From the NCBI GenBank assembly GCA_951406725.2, contig OX597828.1, forward strand, positions 33,108,001 to 33,172,000: 64,000 bases of DNA, in the 5' to 3' direction. The stretch comes from Octopus vulgaris. Its lineage: Eukaryota. A model generated the notes under the pieces. That model saw nothing but the letters and a program-made list of their open reading frames with translations, ran no database searches and was not told the DNA's origin. Below are positions 41,802-55,901 of this stretch, in pieces. A program made the translations under genes and the position numbers. Position 1 is the stretch's first letter. The number at the start of each line of letters is the position of its first letter.

Positions 41802-43373
41802 TTAGGTTGTCAAGAAATTTATTGCGGAATTTTAAATTTTGGTTTTAAATTATGTATATTCAAATTAATTTTCGTTAAATTACTTTGACTTTATATATCA
41901 CTAGCAGTATCGCCCGGCGTTGCTCGGGTTTGTAAGGGAAATAACTAGATAAGCATTTTTAGAGAGTTATAGCAAAAAATTTGTAAAAAAATGCATTAAA
42001 AATGGGAAAAAAATGATGGTAATTTTTTTTTAAATCGCTGACTCATCGTAGACATTTTAGAGAGTTACTTCCCTTATATAATAGCGAAAAAAATGCATTA
42101 AAATGGAAAAAAATTATGGTAATTTTTTTTTTAATCGTAGACTCATCGTAGACGCGCGCTAATACCCAGAAGGGCTCGATATGAATCACGACTATAAGAT
42201 ACCTGCTTTTGGTTAAACTGCACCACAAAATGTGGGAGTAGTTAGGAATCTAAATCGTAGGAGACAGACACACAACTTCTCTTTTATATATAAAGATTTA
42301 AATCCCGGTTTCGCTCTATCTAATTGTCTTACTCTTTTTTCGTTTATGAATAATTAGGCCGTTTTTTTTTCGGAACATTGAATACAACAGGGACAAGAAG
42401 CAAATTTGCACAATTTTTTTTAATTCCAGTTCAACCTATGCCGAAAAGATGCGTTTGGCCCAGGATCCACTAATGAGCGTACGACACAATGGTGGTTCAA
42501 GAAATTCCGTAGCGGTGACAAGAGACATGAAGATGATAAGCGTTGTGATCGGCCATCGGACGTTGACAACGATCAACTAAGAGCCCTAGTCAAAGCTAAT
42601 CCACGAATAATTGTTCGGAGGCTTGCTTCTGAATTCGACGTAACACATACAACAATTTCCAACCACTTGAAAGAGATAGGAAAAACAAAAATACTTGAGA
42701 AATGTGTGCCGCACAAATTGTACGACAGCCAAAATAAAAACCGTTTTGAAGTGTCGTCTTCCCTTCTTTTACGCAACAAGAATAACCCGTTTCTCGATCC
42801 GATTTTGACTTGCGATGAATAGTGGATTCTTTACAACCGGCGACGCTCAGCTCAGTGGTTGGACGCCGACGAAGCTCCACGGCACTTCCCGAAGCCAAAG
42901 TGCCACAAAAAGAAAGTCATAGTGACTGCTTGGTGGTCTGCGTCCGGTTTTATCCATCACAGCTTTTTGGATCCGGGTGAAACCATTACGGCGGAGAAGT
43001 ACTCTCACCACGACAATGCTCGGCCGCACGTCGCACAACTGACCCTGCAAAAGTAGAACGAATTGGGCTACGAAACTCTGCCTCATCCACCATGCTGACC
43101 AGACGTCTCGCCTACCGACTACCACTTCTTCAAGCATCTCCTGCATGAGAAATGCTTCAAAAACCAAGGCGATGCCAAACACGCCTTCAACGACTTCATC
43201 GCCACCAGAACGTAGGATTTTTACGCTACTGGCATCAATAAATTTGTTTCGCGTTGGCAAAAGTGTGTTGATTCTGATGGTGTTTATTTCGAATAATAAA
43301 GTTTTGTTTGAGCCGAGATGTGTGCATCTGAATTTAAAGGTTAAAAAGTGCAAGAACTTTCTTAACAACCTAA
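41802..43373 (+). mobile_element. Mariner transposon (inactive), interrupted by a Helitron
   Basis: TIRs ttaggttgtcaagaaattt / aactttcttaacaacctaa with TA flanks; WWFKKFRSGD, ILTCDE*WILY, HHDNARPH and SPTDYHFF motifs. Confidence 0.92.
41901..42296 (-). mobile_element. Non-autonomous Helitron
   Basis: Minus strand starts TC(tttatatataaaag) and ends CTAG, with the hairpin cccgagcaacgccggg just upstream of the end. Inserted between A and T with no TSD; carries an internal ~100-bp tandem duplication. Confidence 0.85.
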
Positions 43374-43429
43374 TATATATACACATATATACATATATAT
43401 GAATATGTATATAGGCATATACATATATA

Positions 43430-43464
<35 letters not shown>

Positions 43465-45087
43465 TCAATAACCTGTTATTAGAATTTAATATTCATATGC
43501 TGCTTCTGAATAAAGCATTACACACATGAGATTTAGTAGCACTGCTAACACAGTAGGATATAGCATTGATTTATAATGTGTTTAATCTACTATGTAGTAT
43601 CTTATGGTTACATAACGAAATACGGTGTCTCTGTAAGTAATTAATTGTTTGTTTGTTTTCTTTGAGATGTATTTATGTTTTATCATCGCATTTTGTTTTA
43701 CTCAAGAAAGGACCTGGGTTTTGCGAATATATGAATTAGTAAGTGAATATATGAAGGAATCATATGTAAATAATCTTGCATCCATATAATGGCTGTGCAT
43801 AGGAATGTCTTCCACTGCTGTTTAGGCATGTCGCTGTACTGTACGTAGATTAGAATGCGTGTATAAATGCATTCCATGAAACCCAAACGTAGAATCCTTG
43901 GAATAGATAACAAAGATTATATTTCGAGAATGAGAATGAGTTTTCTTGTGTTTTTCTTGGCGAAACACAACGCCCACATTTAGGTATGTATGGATCCATG
44001 GATGTATAGATGGGTGGTTGTAAGTATGTATTTATGTATTCATATATGCTTAAGTATATAGCTATATCTACGCATAAGTATCTGTCAGTTATGAAATGTT
44101 ATTTTTCTATGTTATCAAATACATATATCTCATACAAACCTAAAGTGTACTATAAGAACTGAATATTTCTTGTATCTTGTTTGTATTTGTCTTCCTGCTC
44201 ACTATATTCTCATTAGATACTACCAATAATAATGACAATAGTAATGATGATAGATTTATATGATCCTGGGGTGCCTATTCCAGCTAGTGGAACGTTTTTA
44301 CCTCGATAGTTATTTTGCAATAAATCTCAGTCATATTGAAATGCTATGTGTAAAAATAAATTCTATATAAATGCGAATTACAAACAAATAGTTTGATAGA
44401 ATGGTTTGTTGGTTTTTCTTTGCTTTTTATTTATGCAAACAATTCCGTGTCGATTCTCTCATATTTAAAAGTATTAAAAAATATCAAAATTCGTTATTTT
44501 ATCACCTTCATTTGTGTTAATGACATTTATGGTTTCGGATTGTTTTATCTGCGAGACTTAAAACTTTGTTATATTTCAACAGTTAAACCTGGACACTAAC
44601 AGAAATCAACCCAAATAAGACGTGTAAAGAGACGTGTCAAAGTGCAGTTTTTATTAGCGCTAAGATCTCTGATTCAATTTGTTTTCTTGCTTATCTGTAC
44701 ATGATAAAACACTCGCTAGTATCCTGGTGTTGCTAGTAACAGTTCACCCCTGTCATATCTTTCGATGGCCAAACTGTATCGAGTGTATTTCATATATTAA
44801 TTGAACACCATCCCCAAACACTTCGACAATTAACCTTACATCTCATACGTGCACAGGGGAAGTATAGTTAAATATGAATTAAACATTTAGCAAAGTATAA
44901 AGTATAAATTGAATAAAATAAATATCTTTGATGTTCGTTATATCCGTACAACGAACAATTTAATTTATGGTTGGATGCTGTTCAAAGAAGAGTAATGCCT
45001 GAATTGCTCTTTCATTTATTTATGCTGTTCTTAGGCACGAACCTTTTGGAAACTGATAATACACTCTGTCTCGTGTGTGTGAATGTG

Positions 45088-45119
<32 letters not shown>

Positions 45120-47393
45120 TACGTGTATATATATAAATATATATATACACGTCTGTATGTGCGTGTGTGTGTGTGGTGTGTGTATTCCTTTAATTATGTA
45201 TGTATATATATATGTGTGTGTATATATATGTATATATATATGTATATATATGGGGGGTCAGTTTGTCTGTGTGTGAGGGTGTGTACGTATGTATATACAT
45301 AGCTATAGAAAGATACGTATATATAATATATATGTATTGTAAATACACATATAAATGTTTGTGTGCATATGTTTATATATATTCATGCGCATATATTTCT
45401 ATGAAATTATGCGTGTGCATGCATATATATATATATATATGTATCTATCTATCTATATATCTATGTATGTATTTATGTATGCAGGGAGAGAGTGTGAAGG
45501 AGGGGTGTTACACTTATGTAATGATATATATACAAGTTTGTGTATTTTTGTAGCCTAAATTATCCAACAGAATATCGTAACCAACTCTATATATCAGTTT
45601 ATACACCACTTAATGTTCTGTGTTCAACTTCTCGTGCTCCATAATGATATATACCCGTCGCATACCGATGTCTTTCTGCTCTAATTTACTCTTAACTTAA
45701 ATTATGTGTGGTATTGTAGTGAGAAATGGTTTTGTATTTGCAAAATCGGTAGCATTCAAAAACAGTTGAGGTTATTTTTCACTGTGACAAGTCTGAGGTC
45801 CATCAAATAAATATGCAGGTAGATTATTGTACGATATCATATCTTCATTGAACACTGGCTTGTGGTTGCTAAGATAGAAACCTTATGTTCGGTAATCCAC
45901 CTGAAAGTGAACAATCAGTAGAAGGAAAAACAGCGAACACTAACAATCTCTGAAATACCTCCCGAATTGTCAATCTCATACCGGATCTGTGACTAATTTA
46001 TATTTCACCCAATTCGCATACAACGTGTCATTCGAAGGAGATTGTACCGTCAAAGTCGAAACGTATCACAAAACGAAGTGCCTTTTCAGAATGATAGTAG
46101 TGGATCAATTTATCCATAAGATTGAATTTTCTTATTTGAAAACATCGAGAAAAACATGCTTGTAAATAAGAAAAAAAAGATGAAATTTCATGATGATTGA
46201 TGACAGCTACAGATTTCATGTCAGTGCCACATCCTCAGTTCAACTACACGTTCTGAAGTCGATATAACTATCAAGCTCAGAATCTTACACAACTAGATTT
46301 TGCATGTCATGTTAACTTTGCGGAGTTAACTCTACCATAGACTTCTTCCTATTTCTAAAATCCATTACTTGGAATTGTTTTGTTTTTTGTTTTTGGCATC
46401 AAGTCGCTTAACAGATGGAATAGGGAATCGGTTTTTAAAAATGATCAAAATTTCATTTGATTTATTACTCGTTGTTTCTTTAAATTAAATCCCATTTTAC
46501 GTGATGAGAACAATTTGATACCCAACTGATATCTTCGTTATTGCCGTTCTGGCGTATCACATAATTAAAGGAATGTCACAGTAGCCTACTAAATAGGCTT
46601 TGATATTCGAAGTGAAAATGTCAGTCTGAATATGGCATCTCAGATTTCCCGTCTTTTTCTACAATTAATTAATTTCTGATATCGTTTACTAATAGTTTGT
46701 AACTTCGATATATAAAATGTTAATTACTCTTTATTGATTGTTAGGATGTTTGTACAATGGAGTTTTACAGCTTTAAAGAACAAAGAGAATCATTTGAGCT
46801 GTAGAGAGTATTAAAGTATTTCAATATACTTTTCTAGAAACATAGCAAATATGATACATTTAATTATGTATTTTAATAATACACATTTCTTTTGGTGGAT
46901 GCTTATGACCCAGTGGTTAGCGTAGTGCACTAACAAACGCTAGATTACGGATTCGATTCACGGACATGGTTGTTGTTGTCTTTTGTCTTGAGAAAAATAC
47001 TTAATTTCTCATTGATCGGGGACTCTCAGTGGAAAATTAATACCAGCAGTCACTGAAGGGTAATCGTGAACCAGATAGGCATCATGTTCAGTGAGTTTTG
47101 TGCACTCAGAATGTGTTTCCTATGCTGAGAAATGAAACAGCTCAGCGGAAGTTATCCGGACATTATAGATTTTGGTTAAGTTCATGATTCTATTGTTTCG
47201 AGAGTCTGACATTTATTCTAAAAACCTAAATAAGATATAATCACTTGGAAGACTATACTGGGGTTTCTCGGATTAGAGGTGGGGAAAGCAAATATTTGGC
47301 TTTGACAAGAAACATAGCCTGACTGTTTGTAGCAGAGCATTTTGAATTCCGCTAAAGACACCTAATGAACAGATGTCGATATTGAATCCCGAT

Positions 47394-48512
47394 AAGGCGG
47401 CGAGCTGGCAGAATCGGTAGCACGCTGGACGGCATGCCTAAGGCATTTTGCCCGTCGCTACGTTCTGAGTTCAAATTCCGCCGAGGTCGGCTTTGCGCCT
47501 TTAGTAGGAAGGGGTTTTAAACCCCGATAGGCATCAAATTGGCAGAGCTGAAACGAACCAGATGTAATGTTCAAAGTCGTTAGCTGGCAAAGTAGTTACC
47601 ACGCAGGAAAAAAAATGCTTACCGGGTTTATTCTGGGTTCGCATTCTGAATTCATGTGTCGAGGAGGTCAGCTTTGCCATTCACCCTTTCAGAGTCGGTA
47701 AAATAAGTGCCAGTCGAACACAGGGTCGATGTAATCGACTAGCATCCTCCCCACAAGATTGCAGCTATTCTGCCTATAGTAGAAAGGATACTAAACGACG
47801 ATAGATTAAGATTTCCCTATGATTTTATGAAAATGAAATGAGAGCAAGTGGTAGACAAAGGTGGGTGAGCAAAATGAAAATGAGATTTTATTCTATCTTC
47901 TTTATTTCCCATCATTCATTTTAGACATTCTTCTGCACGAGATATTTGGAAAAAAAACGTCACAGTTTGATAGATGAAATGTACATGTTATTTTCAGTTT
48001 TGGCTATTTTCTAAGTTCAGATCCTGCTGAGAAAGACCTTTGGCTGTCGTCAATTAGAGGGTTTAGAAAAGGTAACGAGCTGGCAGAAACGTTAGCACCG
48101 GCGGGTGAAATGCTTAGCGATATTTCGTCTGTCTTTACGTTGTGAGTTCAAATTCCGCCGAGGTCGACTTTTCTTTTCATCCTTTCGGGGTCGATAAATT
48201 AAGTACCTGTTGCATACTGCAGTTGATATAGTTGACCGGTCCCCTTCCCCAAAATTGCGGGCCTTGTGCCTAGAGTAGAAACGAATATTAATTCATTATA
48301 AGGCGGCGAGCTGGCAGAAACAATAGCACGCCGGGCGAAATGTTTAGCGCTTTTTCGTCTGTCTTTATGTTCTGAGTTCAAATTCCGTCGAGGTCGACTT
48401 TGCCTTCTATACTTTCGGTGTCGATAAATTAAGTACCAGTTACGTACTGGGATCGATCTAATCGACTGCCCCTCCCCCAAAATTTTGGGCCTTGTGCCAA
48501 GAGTAGGAAAGA
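47394..48512 (+). mobile_element. Cluster of SINE family B copies (47394-47495, 47578-47787, 48070-48283, 48299-48512)
   Basis: Repeated gagctggcagaa...gagttcaaattccg..gaggtcg core, all in the same orientation. Confidence 0.85.
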
Positions 48513-49119
48513 ATATAATGCATTCATTCAAAACATATCTGAAGAATGTATTAAATATCGTACATTTATAATTTCCAGTGAACCATTATTGAGATAAAAT
48601 AATTACCAATCAAATACTGTTCCCTCATCCAAAATTAGTGGTTTTCTGCCAATGTCAGAAATCTTTATTAAATAATGTATGTTTTGGCACATCGTTGTAA
48701 AATTCTTTCGAGATTCCATCGTATATCTTTAACAAGATTAATATGTTAGATATTATGTATATATTGGCGTCCAATCATATAACTGTAAATTTACTTTACA
48801 ATGTCAGATTTTTCCTTTAATAAACACAGAAATGCCATGCATTGTTTTTATGTTGAGTATCAGTAGCATACATAGACAGTACGAGAAATATTAATTCCAA
48901 ACTATTGTCCAGAATTATCCACAGGCTTAGTGCTGATTAACATGTTTTACTTTATATAATATAGTATGTCCTACCCCACTTACACACACTTGTTCATACG
49001 TGCATATAGACGTACCCACTCAAGCACGCATATATCATTCCAGCACTTAGTTTCTTTTAGCACTTACGAGTTTACAGCCATAGCGACAGCAATATTTTTC
49101 TATCATCCATTTCCTGTCT

Positions 49120-49390
49120 GTGTATCTACTGAAGCAAAGAAATGGAAATGGCTGGGTCGAGTTTGTCGCTATAAACCGAACTCAATTGTCAGGATCGCTT
49201 TGCAATGGGTTCTATAAGGGAAAAGAAGACGTGGCCGACCAAAAGAAACGTGGTGGCGAACAATAACAAAAGAACTTAAAAGCAGAGGGTTAACGATGGA
49301 ACAAGCTGTGAAAGATGCTTTCAGTGTTAGAAGGTGGAATGATCTTGCTGTCGCCTCAAGTGTCACATGGCACAATGAGAACCGAAGGAA
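49120..49390 (+). mobile_element. RTE-clade LINE 3' fragment
   Basis: KWKWLGRVCR...RIALQWVL*GKRRRGRPKETWWRTITKELK...RRWNDL. Confidence 0.8.
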
Positions 49391-49899
49391 TGAATGGATA
49401 AATCTATCTATCTCGTCACTCCCTTCTTCTCTCTCACTCTCTCTCTCTCTCTCTCTCCCCCTCTCTCTTTCTCTCGCGCTACACATTCTCAAACAAGATC
49501 ACTCGAAGGTTCTAAATTCAATCCACACGGAAAGTATCATTTCAAAAATAGAGAAAGGACACCGACTAGTCATGATCAAGGCGAGCAGCCTCCCGGTCAG
49601 TGCCAAGAACTGTCGAGCAAAAAGACTTGCTTCACGAGAGTTCTTCCTCCGAAAATTTCCCCCTCTGCCCGCTCACGCCGTAGTGACTTTCTGCCTATTA
49701 GTTCTTTGCCTGAAGATGTATATGTACCTATGCGCGTATGTGCGTATGTTTGTCCATATATGCCTCTCATATACGCGTATGTGCGTAAGCGTCCATATAT
49801 GCCTCTCAAGGCATCCAGTTAAATACCAAAATGATACCTTCTCCGTATTACATTTATTAGCTGAGAAACTTCAATCTAACAAAATTTGAATTAATATAT

Positions 49900-50797
49900 G
49901 TATGTCGGTTGAGAAGTGTGATTTTAAACTTTGGCAGCCATATTTAAACTGATTGAAATATAGTGTGAAAATGACACAATTGTTATGAAAGATTTCGCCA
50001 ACTCTTTCACAATGATAACAGTTTTGTGAAATAGTTGACCTGCCACACTATATTATTTTTTCTGAAAATTAGCAGCATTTTCACTCATTGTCGTTTTAAT
50101 TCCAAATTTGTGCTCTTCTTTGCTGTTACGTCTCACGAATAAACTTATTTTTGGACCGGATAGTGACTAGGGACGAGAAAGTCAAGTATGGAAAATAGTG
50201 GATAGGGAAAGGAGAAACACCGGCACCCCAAGCTAAAGAAGGTCTTCCTCCACCAAGAGTGTTGTTATTTGTTTTGTGAGATATAAATGGCTTAGTCCAC
50301 TTTGAACTTTTAAACGCAAACAAAACGATAACAAAGGAGATCTACTGCGAGCAGCTTGAGCGGCATAAGTCATCGCTAGAAGAAAAACAACCATCTTTGA
50401 GTTCAAAACGAAAGGCGCTCTTCTATCAGGATAATGCTCGACCACATGCAGCAACCATAACATTCCAAAGGTTGGAGCAGTTTAAATGGGGAGCGATTCC
50501 CACCCACCATATTCGCCGGACATTGCCACATCTGATTATCATTTATTCTGCAATCTTCAAAATCATTTGGACGGAAAAAAATATGAATTCTGTAGATGAG
50601 GTCAGAACAGTACTGGAGGAATATTTTTCGTCCCGGACAAGAGAATTTTGGAAGAATGGTCATGCAAGTCTACCAGATAGATGGAAGAGCATTGTAGAAA
50701 ATGAAGGAAAGTATATTTTAGATTAAAAAAGAACTAAAAAATCTAAATTTTGAAAAATAAAAGAGGTGTAAAAAAAACGCATTATCTATGGGTTGAC

Positions 50798-50801
<4 letters not shown>
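49900..50801 (+). mobile_element. Decayed mariner relic with deletions
   Basis: FLDRIVTRDEK, FYQDNARPHAA, SPDIATSDYHLF, DRWKSIVENEGKYILD; right TIR ..ttatctatgggttgacccaa-TA; left end unclear. Confidence 0.8.
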
Positions 50802-50857
<56 letters not shown>

Positions 50858-50929
50858 ATTATTAAAGCAAGTTTTTAACTTTTTAAAATAAGTGTGGAAT
50901 AATTTTATTCTAAGTGTTTATATAAATGA

Positions 50930-51457
50930 AAAATAAATATGTAAATATACGTTTTCACAGAATAAATGTCCTCGTATCATAGTTCAACTGTAATAATATT
51001 GGTATATGTATTCTTAAGGTTAATTTAGCAGCTATAATTTATATAAAAATATATATGACAAAAGGGAAAAAATGGAAGGGAAGAAGGAAAAATAAGGAGC
51101 CACATATTGCCTCGAGTCTTTTGTATAGAAAAATGTTTTAGTATATACATTTTTGAGTTTTGCCTCTAAAAGCGGTTTTTTTTTGTTTGTTTCATTTTTT
51201 TTTTTTTTTTTGCAATATAGGACAAATTCATATTCAAGTAATAATTTTGTTCTATGTGTTTATATGTATGACATCTAAAAATATAAATATGTTTTTTCGC
51301 ATAATATATGTTTTCGTATCATAGTTCAGCTGGAATTATATTCGTATACGTATTCTTAAGGTGAGTTTGGCATATGTAATTTATATAAATATGTATAACA
51401 AAAGTGAGAAGAATGGAGGGGAACAAGAAAGCATGAAGTCAGCTATTGCCTCGAGTC

Positions 51458-51460
<3 letters not shown>
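50930..51460 (+). repeat. Diverged ~190-bp direct duplication (~50930-51120 and ~51278-51459)
   Basis: Shared tcgtatcatagttca..gtattcttaagg..aatttatataaa..tattgcctcgagtctt. Confidence 0.8.
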
Positions 51461-51541
<81 letters not shown>

Positions 51542-51654
51542 GTGTGCGTGTGTGTGTTTGTGTGTGTGTGCGTACATATAATTTGCATTTCGTTTACACC
51601 TCCGTTAAGGTAAGATCAACGAAAAATGTATCTATCGACTGAGAGATAAATATG

Positions 51655-52290
51655 ATTTAATGTACATCGTATAAAGTTACGAGCTACTAATAGTTTACTG
51701 CTTTGGAGACACGTATCTAGGAAGGTTTTTATAACACATCTCTGTGTCCCCAAGCTAGCTCTCGGCTCTAACCGCATGGTCTATCTGCAAATAGGGACGT
51801 TGGTACAAGACAAATCATGAGAAGAAACGAAAAAGAAGATGCAAAATGCGGAAAGGTTAATGAAAGCTGTAAAATAGACGAAATTTTGTGTCATGCTCCC
51901 ATTCAACGTAAAGACAAAATTAAGCTAGTTGTGGGATTATTATTCAAGGGTGAGGGGTTGAAATTCTGCGAGACAGCTGTTTCTCTCCGGATTAAGCAGA
52001 CTTTGGATCCCTGTCCGTTGAATAATAATGGCTTTCCGAGCAAACGAGACATCGCTCTAATTCTCTTTATTTTTCCCGTCTTTTATTCACGTTTCCACAT
52101 TTTAAACCAAACCTTTCGTTCTTTTCCTGTGATTTCTCTTGTACCAACATCCTGATTTGCGAAAATAATTCATAGTATGGCCAAAGTCAGTAGATTGCTT
52201 GGGGACACAACTCGTATTATAAAACCTGCCTAGACCCGTGTCTCCGAAGGAAGAAACTATTACTGGCTCTTAACTTTATACTGTGAACAT

Positions 52291-52295
<5 letters not shown>
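51655..52295. repeat. Foldback element with ~230-bp imperfect inverted arms
   Basis: gtataaagttacgagc..ggagacacg..ctagg..gtgtccccaagc..gttggtacaaga pairs with tcttgtaccaac..gcttggggacac..cctagacccgtgtctcc..ctcttaactttatac. Confidence 0.85.
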
Positions 52296-52332
<37 letters not shown>

Positions 52333-52419
52333 CATACATACAAACGCACAAACGTACATATAATAACACGCACACACACAAACACACATATATATACATT
52401 TGCATATACATATACATAC

Positions 52420-52482
<63 letters not shown>

Positions 52483-52488
<6 letters not shown>

Positions 52489-52914
52489 GAAATGAGGTAA
52501 TCAGAAGATCGGATGGTTTGTATTTACAGTTATTTATTTATATATTACATTTTTTACATATATATCATATCACTTAGTTCATTAGCGCTTTCTCCCATTC
52601 TAGTGAGGTTTTCAAATGAAAATAAGTTCCTTTGCTGGGGATTTTAATCATTTTATAGTTTCTCGTTGTGATGGGGAGGAATGTAAGACACCTCACCCTC
52701 TTGTACTGTCTTACATTCCTCCCCATAACAACGAGAAACTATAAAATGATTAAAATCCCCAGCAAAGGAACTTATTTTCATTTGAAAACCCCACTAGAAT
52801 GGGAGAAGGCGCTAATGAACTAAGTGATATGATATATATGTAAAAAATGTAATATTTAAATAAATATCTGTAAATACCAACCATCCGATCTTCTGATTAC
52901 CTCATTTCTTCTAA
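52483..52914. repeat. Near-perfect palindrome with 208-bp arms and a 16-nt loop
   Basis: Arm 52483-52690 is the reverse complement of 52707-52914 with few mismatches; loop cctcaccctcttgtac. Confidence 0.95.
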
Positions 52915-52945
52915 TATATAATACCTGAACATCATCTCCAAACCT

Positions 52946-52983
<38 letters not shown>

Positions 52984-53335
52984 GTTCGTACGTATTCATT
53001 TTTATGTATTAATGTGTGTATGTAATGTATATAATGTCTGAGTTTCTCTTTCAGCGCCCCACTTGAATTATAATACGCTTGTGAGCCAAACGTAAGAAAG
53101 AACATTGTATATATATTGTAGAATTTTTATTTATTCATCTTCTGCTAACACTTCACGCGCTTACCGTTTCTCTCTATCGACGTCCCTCCAGGTTATGTAC
53201 ATAATTGTTGCCTGAATTGTAACCCATACAGATAAGCTGTGAGGCAAGATACAGAGACTGACCAACTTCGATTGAATGTACGTCGTTACTGATATGTAAT
53301 CGCATGTGCGCGTGTGAAAGTATGCATGTATGAAC

Positions 53336-53339
<4 letters not shown>

Positions 53340-53378
<39 letters not shown>

Positions 53379-53399
53379 ATATATTTGTATGTTTGCTTG

Positions 53400-53455
<56 letters not shown>

Positions 53456-53462
53456 TAGATAG

Positions 53463-53507
<45 letters not shown>

Positions 53508-53820
53508 TATGCATGTATGTATATATGCATATATATACATATATATATGCATGTTATGTAGAAATATATATATATATACACATATATATACACGCACCTA
53601 TATGTAGCATATATGTGTGTATGTATATAAGTATGAATCTACATATATACATGTATGTATATAAATCCATAAGCATGAGTATGTGTTATTGGTACCTTAT
53701 GTGTATGTATGCTTATATACATTATATGTTTGTGTGTATATGTGTGTGTGTGCGTGTTTATGTGCATGTGCATGGATATCTATATATATATGTGTGTCTG
53801 TATCAATGTATAAACGTACA
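53340..53820. repeat. (TA)n/(GATA)n/(TG)n low-complexity tract
   Basis: Direct reading of sequence. Confidence 0.9.
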
Positions 53821-54370
53821 CATTCACATGCCGATGCCGAAATCACATGCATATTCCATGGCTGTATATATATGCAGGTTTTCTATTGATCTGTTCGGCA
53901 AAATAACATCAGCAATATTCCAATTGTTGCACATGAATCACTTATCTCTCAGAAACGCTTTCCTCCACATCCAATCAAAAGGTGGTCTTACTTCAAAGAT
54001 AAGGCTAACAATAAATATTGGTCATTTTTCAGCATGCTTCCAACCGATTTTCTGTCATTCTTTTCCTATCCTCTTCAGGTTCTCATACTTTTGCATGTTA
54101 TATGTGCGTTTGATTTCAAGGACTTTAGGTATATATATATATTTATAGTGATGTGTAACTTATATAAGTATTTATTTATTTCAATATATATATGTATATA
54201 TAATATATTTAGCCTGATGCATATACTAAATATCTTACATATAAGCGTGTATGTGTGTCTATATATGTATGCACATATGTATATGTGTGTGTGCGTGCCT
54301 GTGTGTGTGTGTACGTGTGCGTGTGTATATATATATATATATGTATGTATTATAAGTATATATTATATGT

Positions 54371-54408
<38 letters not shown>

Positions 54409-55331
54409 TTATATGTATGTATGTAGGTTTATATATATATGAATATATGTGTTCATATATATATGTGTGTGTATGTGTGTGTATTCATACATAAGTGTGT
54501 ATGTGTGGGTGTGTGTTCATATATATATATAATCACAGTATTTTTATATGCTAAATGAGGAAGGCCTTACATTAGGCGTTTGCTTTGCTTTTTCATGTAA
54601 ATTTTGACACAGATCATAAGTTGATATCAACGACCATATTCTTTAGCTTTTCAGTTTATTATGGACTTTTAAATGACGTAAAGATTTCGCTTTCACGTTG
54701 GCATCCTTCTCTGAAGCAACGTTCAACACGTTTGAGTGGGGCATCATATTTAAATTCGGTTGTCAAGAAAATGTTGACGACATCTTCGACTTTCCGCCGG
54801 GAACTCTACAGACTGACTGTAAAATGTCTTGTACAATCTGGATAAACACAAAATTATCAGTCAGATATACACTGTAAGTAGACTAATGAACAGGGCCCAT
54901 GCTGGATCTAACTGCATACTGTGAACCCAATACTTTTATGCGCGCGCGTGTGTGCGTGTGTGCGTGTCTGTGGGTGTCTATGTGTCTGTGTCTCTGTGTG
55001 TGGTGTGAATGTGTGTGTGCGTGTGTCTGTGTGTGTGTCTGTGTGTGTGTCTGTGTGTGTACATGGGCATGGAAATTGGGGTGTAAGACGTGCAAGCGCA
55101 CCCCTTAAAATTTTTGTGGGGTCCACAATCAAAGTTTTGTATCCGTATTTACTTTCCTCGGTGCGTAAAAGGTGATCTATAAAAAGTAGGTCCAAGTTAG
55201 GTTTTCCTTCCTCAAAGAACGGTAAAAAAAAATAAATGAATAAAAATAAATAACCATAAAGAAACGAAGTTGTAAAACATTTTGGACCTGGATTTCAACC
55301 CACCGAAGCAAATTTCACTCCCGGGCCAGTA

Positions 55332-55367
<36 letters not shown>

Positions 55368-55797
55368 CATGTGTGTGTGTGCGCGCGCGTGCATGTGAGT
55401 GTGTGTGTGCGCGCGCGCTCGTATGCATGTGCGGATGCTGATATGTGGAAAATAATGGATGAAACATTCTTTGAATCCCAATAGAATATTTGAAAAGTAG
55501 GATCTCCGAAGGTGAAAGACTTCACAAACACTTACTCTGATATTCTGACACAAGACTAAGAACAGACGTGCACTCAAGATACACGGGTATTTATGTGTTT
55601 GTACATATATATACATACATACACACATATATATACATATATATACACATATATATATATATGTAAATATATGCATGTGTGCATCTAATACATACATATA
55701 TACATACATATGTGTATATATATATATATGTGTGTATATGTGCTATATATGTGTGTGTGTGTGTGTGTGTGAGTGTGTGTGTATGTATGTATATGTA

Positions 55798-55901
<104 letters not shown>

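Noticed and set aside
54655-54873. Exon bounded by ttttcag and gtaagt
   Set aside because: Stop codons in all three frames and no homology; at most non-coding
55057-55331. MITE between (TG)n tracts
   Set aside because: Terminal repeats are too degenerate and no TSD is visible
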